Shown here one piece after another: positions 57,810-64,000 of a stretch of 64,000 nt of DNA; position 1 is the first letter of the stretch, and the number at the start of each line of letters is the position of its first letter. The position numbers and the translations under genes are program-made. Source of the stretch: Psammoneis japonica (lineage: Eukaryota); the NCBI GenBank assembly GCA_008632985.1, contig QPGO01000016.1, forward strand, positions 406,840-470,839. Direction: 5' to 3'. The notes beneath the pieces were generated by a model. It was not told the origin of the DNA. It saw only the letters and a list, made by a program, of their open reading frames with translations, and did not search any database.

Positions 57810-59222
57810 CTATCCTCCAAAGATGAAATTGACTTGATCAAGCTTCTTGGCGTCAGCACAGTTGTCGTTCAGAGCTTCTTCGATGCCTTTCTTCATCCAG
57901 TCCTGGAATTCGACGCTTTCTTCGTAAAGAGATCTTTCAGGTGCACAGAAATCAGGTTTTCCCCTAGGCTCTCCTGGATGATCATCTTTGCAAATCACAC
58001 TGACCACAAAAGATGCACTCCACGGTTCAACAGCAGCGTCGCTGCCTTCAAGGTTCCGATAATGCTGGGCATCTTTACGCGCGTGGTATTTCTCTTTCAA
58101 ACCGCTTGCCTTGTCTCGTGCTACCTCAATAAGATGAATTTTCTTCTCGCGCGCTTGTTCTACCGCTTGTTCTTCACGTTCCTTGGCCTTGTCTTTCTTT
58201 CTACTCTCCGCCGCTTTTGCTTCATCCATGTCCTTTTTGCACTGTTCATCCGCTCTCATCTTTTCCTTCTCAAATGCATCTTCCGCCGTCTTCATTCGAT
58301 CTTTGAGATTCTCCGTTTGATCAAGTAGGCTCTGCTCAAGGTCTTTTAGCACTTCTGTAGGCTCTTTTAGTTGCTCGAGTAACTTATGTCTTGCTGGTAT
58401 TTCAATGTTGAGAAACTCCTGTTTGAAACGCTCCTTAGTCTCTTCGCATTCACGTTCAGCAAGCTCCTTCGCCTTTTCAAACCTTTTCGTTTTGCGAGTA
58501 TTCTTGTTATACTTAGCCTCGGCTGTTGCTATCGCCTTGTCTCTAGTTGCTTCGGCTTCTTTGTTTTTCTTGTTTTCATTTTCTTTCGCGGGGCGAACAA
58601 CACGACTGTATTCGGCATTTGCTTTCTGTTTCGTGTCGTTAAAGGTTTCGAGTGCCTCGTCGAGATTCTTTTGCGTGTCTCCAAGCTCCTTTTGGATCGC
58701 GTCCTCTTGTTTCTTCAGCTCCTCGGTTGCCTTCTCAACTGCTCCAAGTCGTTTCTGATCAGCCGCTATCTCCGCGGTAAGCCGCTCCTCCTCAAACTGT
58801 TTTAGCGACGCCTCCAGTGTCAGCTCAGAGATGACCTTTACCGCATCGAATTCTTGCTCAGCCATAGCCTTTTCATCGTCTTTGGCTTGCTCGATGTAAT
58901 TAAGCTCTAATACTTCGCCCCATACGACGGACGGGTGATAACCCAGTTCATCGACGAGATATTGCTTAGCTATCGCCGCCATGTTGTTTTTGATCGTTTT
59001 CTCTAGGCAAAGTACGTCGGCTGGTGGATCTGCGCCTTCCTTAAAGATAATTTCAAAAAGGTACTCTTCAGTGCTCTTCTGGCCAGGCTTCTTTTGGCGC
59101 GCCATACCAGTCATTAAACCCAGCTCTCTCTCAACTGTCTTGCTTCCACGAAGTGCATCACCTTGTGCAACATTCGAGGTGCAGAGAACAGCCAACAAAG
59201 CAAACCTAGACGGATGAATCAT
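57810..59222 (-). CDS. Secreted coiled-coil (E/K/A-rich) protein
   Basis: Signal peptide, LRG...REL and RNL motifs, long heptad-like charged region. Confidence 0.7.
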   Translation of the reverse strand: MIHPSRFALLAVLCTSNVAQGDALRGSKTVERELGLMTGMARQKKPGQKSTEEYLFEIIFKEGADPPADVLCLEKTIKNNMAAIAKQYLVDELGYHPSVVWGEVLELNYIEQAKDDEKAMAEQEFDAVKVISELTLEASLKQFEEERLTAEIAADQKRLGAVEKATEELKKQEDAIQKELGDTQKNLDEALETFNDTKQKANAEYSRVVRPAKENENKKNKEAEATRDKAIATAEAKYNKNTRKTKRFEKAKELAERECEETKERFKQEFLNIEIPARHKLLEQLKEPTEVLKDLEQSLLDQTENLKDRMKTAEDAFEKEKMRADEQCKKDMDEAKAAESRKKDKAKEREEQAVEQAREKKIHLIEVARDKASGLKEKYHARKDAQHYRNLEGSDAAVEPWSASFVVSVICKDDHPGEPRGKPDFCAPERSLYEESVEFQDWMKKGIEEALNDNCADAKKLDQVNFIFGG

Positions 59223-59584
59223 ATCAAGAGGGTGGTTTATGACCAATGATCGTGTGTACTGAATGTGACAATCACTTCAGCGTTGCACCCACAACGAGGA
59301 TTCTACTACTACCAGCTTGGTACTGCAGCAGCAACGCCCGACAAAATGTGATGAGAGCTGAAAAAAAAAAAAGGGAGGGAACACATAAGCCCATCGAAAC
59401 AGTCATTATAAGCCATTATGACCGACAAATAAATTATTATGGCCCAACATGAAAGTTTTTCCCGCCTTTTTTCAATGAAGAATCCGCTATGACTGTAATC
59501 TAACCTTTTCCGAAACAGAAAAGAAAGAGCTCTTACTTCTTACACCCTCTATCTCTAGAGGTAGACTGTGCTGGCTAGGGCTGT

Positions 59585-59606
59585 AGAGAGAGAGAGAGAG
59601 AGAGAG
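59585..59606. repeat. (AG)11 microsatellite
   Basis: Seen directly. Confidence 0.95.
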
Positions 59607-60509
59607 CAGTCAGTCACACATAAAAGGGCTGCTGGCTGCTGTGTTCTCGCGCTTTCTTCATCACACTGCTTGTTGCCTCCGTGCGTGCAGGTGATGGTGC
59701 AACCTGGAATTCTGCGCAACCGTCAACATGGGCAAGTCTCCACTAATCTGTTCCTGCTGGGTTCAAAAACAGGCCCTTTTCTGCTCTGGACATGGACTGA
59801 TGCGTAAATGCGCAAAGTGTACAGATTGGCACCGCAGAATCATTCAACACAAATTGCACGAGCGTCCGCGAAATTGTTAAAAGCTATCTGTTTTACTACA
59901 GTCATGTAGTCTCTACCATCTATTGGCCAGCACTCTAGAGAAAGATAAACATCTGCCCTCTCTAGCAGCAGCCGGCACTTGCGGCGACACGTATTTCGGG
60001 AGCTCTTGAATAGTGCCTGCGACACATGATTCGTTCAGTCTTGCGTCGCAGCACTGTAAGAGCATCCAAAGCACAACGCTCGACTTACCATAAGTACACT
60101 TCAGCGTTGTAACAAGATCAGACCTATTTGCTGTTCTTTGCTATGGCACGTGTTGTTTCGACAGCCAGGTATGTTTCAAAGTAGTGATGACAACTATCCC
60201 TCGGACTCCTCTCTAGAGGGGCATCATGTCGAAGTGCCTTTACTACAGTACGGCTACTTATCGTTTCATAGAACTTGTGTATTTCAAAATGATGCGTATG
60301 AAACTACGACAACTGTACCTTGTGGTCCTACTAGAGTCATGTAGACTTGCTCAAACATTATAAATTTATATGCCTTAAATTCCGTGAATAATTGTGAGGT
60401 AATACCTAATAACATATATCTTTTATCCTTTTTCCGTAGTGTGCCACTACTAGTACATAAAGTGATAGTTGCTAATCCTATCGGTGACTCGACAAACCCC
60501 ATGGCCAAT

Positions 60510-61838
60510 CTACGTCTTGGGTCTGTTCATGGGTGCTGGGCAGTTCTCGCCTTTATTGCCCAGCCACTCAGAAGCGCCTCTGCCTTTGCTATTAGTCCCT
60601 CCCTTTGGTTTAATAGTCAAGGAGACTAAACTGTCACTCTTCTCTGCGGCGCCATCGCCTTGAGTAGTTCGTTCACCAGTTGGCCCATTCTCTCCAATCA
60701 CTCTTCCGAACAAGTAGCCAGACTCGTCACACGGCTTTCGCCCGTTGCAATCAAACATGGAGACATAGTTCTCAAAGTGCTTAGGCGGCAGAAAGCTTGT
60801 CTTGTCGACACCTGGTGCGCCACTATCAAATCCCTGTGAAAGTAAGAGTAAATCACCGCTCTCCCCGTAAACGGAAGGAAATATGCTATGGGTTGAGCCA
60901 TCATTGCCCGTTCCTGCCCAATCACGAATAGGATCGACCGTGTCAGCACCGCGAAAGGACGACATGAACATCCAACCTGGGTGCGAGCTAAACATTATTG
61001 GGCTCAGGTTGATCGTGATAACTCTTCCGATGTCCTGTGGCCTTGCTTCCTTGTAGAAGATCGATTGCGCTAAATCTCTACCGGAACCTTCGGTGTTTTT
61101 GCCAAATTGACGACCCTTGCCGAATTCTCTGCAGAACACATTCTTCGTATTCACGAGGTATCCGGTTCGCGCTGAATTGCACTTTTGACAATCCATAAAG
61201 GTTGCGCAGTCCTTACTGTTGCGCTCCTTGAAACACTCGCCTGCGCGGATCCATCCCGAGTTATGGTTTCCGTTTATGCCGAACGGCAAAAAGTCATCGG
61301 ATCGGTGAAGAACTAAAATCAGCAAGTCTCCTTCCTTGGTGCCTCTCGGCACCGGTATCCTTGCCTCGAACACTTCACTACCACTCACGTAGTTTTGAGT
61401 AGTGCCAATGTGAATGATTTCTTGAACGTCACTACTTGGTCTCTCACGATTTGCGCTTTGAGACGCCACATGGTTCCCACCGTGAGGTGGTTGTGGAGGG
61501 GTTTCTTCGTTTTTCGGAGGGGGCTTCTCAACCTCTTGGGATTTTTTCGCCTGGGGTGGGCCTTGCCAGGACTTATCAGCACCACGAGGATAGCAGAAGC
61601 GCTTGTAACCCCCCACCTTCCCCTCACATTGTTCTGGGAGTTCTCCATTGTCACCCTTAATTTCACAAGATAGGCCTTCTGCACAGTGTTCATTCCGCCG
61701 ACATCCTCCTTCGCACTTTCCAATGTTTGTTAACTCGTCCTTCTCTACTCGCCTAACATTTTGAGCGGATATAGTCGATGGCAGCAAAGTCGTCAGGGCA
61801 ATCACAAACGCGATGCGCTGAATCCTTGGGAGCTTCAT
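60510..61838 (-). CDS. Frustulin-ACR-module protein, family copy 3 (divergent ACR)
   Basis: Signal peptide, IGKCEGGCRRNEHCAEGLSC...C.G....RFC, Pro-rich linker, and the same C-terminal domain (VPRGTKEGDLLILVLHRSDD). Confidence 0.85.
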   Translation of the reverse strand: MKLPRIQRIAFVIALTTLLPSTISAQNVRRVEKDELTNIGKCEGGCRRNEHCAEGLSCEIKGDNGELPEQCEGKVGGYKRFCYPRGADKSWQGPPQAKKSQEVEKPPPKNEETPPQPPHGGNHVASQSANRERPSSDVQEIIHIGTTQNYVSGSEVFEARIPVPRGTKEGDLLILVLHRSDDFLPFGINGNHNSGWIRAGECFKERNSKDCATFMDCQKCNSARTGYLVNTKNVFCREFGKGRQFGKNTEGSGRDLAQSIFYKEARPQDIGRVITINLSPIMFSSHPGWMFMSSFRGADTVDPIRDWAGTGNDGSTHSIFPSVYGESGDLLLLSQGFDSGAPGVDKTSFLPPKHFENYVSMFDCNGRKPCDESGYLFGRVIGENGPTGERTTQGDGAAEKSDSLVSLTIKPKGGTNSKGRGASEWLGNKGENCPAPMNRPKT

Positions 61839-62454
61839 CGTCCAGTTGAACGGCACCGATTCGATGAAGAGAAAACACCACGGCGATTAATTTTGTTGCG
61901 GTGAATGTAAACAATCACCAAATCTCCAGATAGCTGTTTAAATTATGGGTGCAGGGTAATCGGACATGTTTGGTTTCAGATGTGCGCCGTTTCCACCTAA
62001 ATCCACGTGACGTGGAATCTGTCAACCGATCTGTCCGGAAGCCACTTGCGGAAATTTTTGCATAAGTACTCTTAAGCAGTGCAACATTGAACTGTATGTG
62101 CAAAACATATCAACATTTAAAGAAAGGACGGCGTTCTGCAGAGAGAAAAAGGGCCTAAATAAGATGCTTTAAGATTCTTGCGAAAGCCGACTTTTTAAAC
62201 ATTGCGGGCTAAAAGTTGATTAGATAAAACCTAAAGCCCAGAATTGTCTGCTAGTCATTCCTTACACAGTCCCGTAAGTACAACATTATACAGTGACTCA
62301 TTCTACGAATACCAACAAAAAGAAGATCCCCTAAGTGATCAGTATATCCGAACTTTAGAAGTTACGACTCCAAATAAACCCGAAGCATAGAGTTCATATT
62401 ATGATATTACAGTATATTCACTGATTCCCTATTCTCAATTCCTGCTGACGTGGG

Positions 62455-62657
62455 TGTAGGCCTTTGGATATAGCGGGGCGATTTTAGGAAAAAAGACGGA
62501 CCCCCGTGGCGGGGCCCCGCACTACGCGATACTGCGCGTGAAGGAGGTACTGCTTGGGCCATGGGTGTACATACTGCGTGCTACGTAGAGTCTACGTGGC
62601 ACGATCACAGGAAAATTGCGGGGCCCCCCCGCGCCCCACTATATCCAAAGCCCTACA
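62455..62657. mobile_element. MITE (~200 bp) with 26-bp terminal inverted repeats
   Basis: tgtaggcctttggatatagcggggcg (62455-62480) matches the reverse complement of 62632-62657 at 24/26. TA on both sides of the GGC/GGG-starting core. Confidence 0.7.
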
Positions 62658-62977
62658 GTACGGTACGTGGGTGCCTGACGCAGTCTCAAGTGACGGGTGA
62701 AGGACAGCCCGCATATGACAAACACACCTACCTACCTCTAGTAGAGGGACCTACTTGCCTACGGTACTGTATCTATCTATCGCGCGTGTCGCGCACGCGC
62801 GCGAGTTGGGCAAGCAGTATGGTAGTAGGGCCCTAAGTACCATAGAGCAGGATCTTCTTGGAGATCGCGACATAAGATCTGGTTTTTTCTTTTTTGTTGA
62901 TGCTCAGCTTCTCCAGCTTGTTGCGCTCAGCTTCCAGGCAGCAACAACAATCCTATCTCCAACACACGACAAAGATT

Positions 62978-63869
62978 ATGAATTCCTTTCTCTTAGCCTG
63001 CGCCTTCTTGGTCTCCAGTAGCCAGGCATTTGCGCCACCGTCCCCTTTTTTCGCACGCCATGTGGAAACTTCCTTTGCAGGCAATCTGCAACAACCACCA
63101 CGTCAGGCGACAGAGTTGAACATGATTGGTGGCATGTTTCAGGGTTTGTTTGGTCAGAAATCCGCCGAAATTACTGATACGGTTTACTTTGATGTAAGCA
63201 TTGGGGGGGAACCCGCGGGACGGGTTGAAATGGGTCTCTACGGCGAGGTTGTTCCAAAAACGGCTGAGAACTTTAAGCAACTCTGCACCGGGGAACCGGG
63301 CTTTGGATACAAGGGTTCCATCTTTCATCGCGTTATACCCGGATTTATGTGCCAGGTACGTGTGTTGGGATGTATTTGTTAAGCTTGTTGTACTATGGTT
63401 GCTAACTATTTTTCTGTTTTGGCAGGGCGGGGATTTTACCAGCTTCAATGGCACAGGAGGGAAATCAATTTACGGTCGCACCTTTCCTGACGAGAACTTT
63501 GAGATTGTTCATGGAGGTCCTGGAACTTTGAGCATGGCGAACGCAGGTCCCGATACGAATGGTATGTGATTGTCGTCCTGAAGTCCCAGTAGTCGCGAAG
63601 TACCAATGGTTGTACGATCGAGCTCGTTTCTTTGTGCTACCTTGGAATGAAAGTCGTTGTAAAACTCAGACAGCATTTTGTCCCATGATTTGCCACCAGG
63701 ATGGCAGTTCTTCATCTGCACAGAAGAAACTCCGTGGCTAAACGGAAAGCACACGGTGTTTGGCAAGGTCACAAAAGGATTGGATATCGTTCGCAAGATT
63801 GAAGGCGTTGGATCTCAGAGTGGAGCTCCGCGAGAAGAGGTGAAAATTACCGACTGTGGTGCCTTGTAA
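62978..63869 (+). CDS. Plastid-targeted cyclophilin (PPIase); exons 62978-63355, 63426-63561 and 63700-63869
   Basis: SSQA-FAP presequence, [57 protein letters not shown]. Confidence 0.95.
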
Positions 63870-64000
63870 GAAGAATGCTCTTTCAATTGTGCTACCATGA
63901 TACGCTAGAATTTCTCCAAGTTGCGGGATTCACTCCGATATGTGTGAGCTAACTTCATTCTGCTAATAAGTTATAAACGCACTTTAAGCAAGCAAAATCA

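Noticed and set aside
63700..63710. Cyclophilin NGWQFF instead of canonical NGSQFF
   Set aside because: A single-base difference (TCG/TGG) next to a splice junction in an error-prone assembly, which cannot be interpreted without reads.

Overview
Eukaryotic nuclear DNA, very probably from a (pennate) diatom: short GT-AG introns, bipartite ASAFAP-type plastid presequences, frustulin-type CEGDCD modules, silaffin-like proteins and a diatom copia (CoDi-type) relic. About 22 host genes (GST, NmrA-like, METTL21-like methyltransferase, MRPL47, plastid S15, nucleoside deaminase plus NCS2 permease, NDUFAF6, HSF, PaO/Tic55-like Rieske oxygenase, sulfatase, EF-hand protein, PEX2, cyclophilin, several secreted or cell-wall proteins) are interrupted by five sharply bounded islands (~1200-5540, ~12290-15050, ~29290-33880, ~42190-50050, ~54200-55640). 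The islands hold transposon relics: CRE-like LINEs, a Crypton-like tyrosine-recombinase element, a copia element and a ~200-bp tandem array. The most striking signal is that the islands have lost CpG (expected from 5mC decay) and, even more completely, TpA. Paralog and repeat alignments inside the window show TA opposite TG and CA, and conserved Tyr codons read as Cys/His. TA loss runs ahead of CG loss, and surviving TAs lie mostly in TTA/TAA or TACG/CGTA contexts. This points to a domain-restricted A:T->G:C hypermutation process at TpA acting on TE-containing chromatin, opposite in direction to fungal RIP. It also reaches adjacent host genes but spares near-identical host duplicates and short MITEs. 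I know of no description of it but could not search the literature. Several -1 frameshifts in homopolymers look like assembly errors. All counts and alignments were done by eye.
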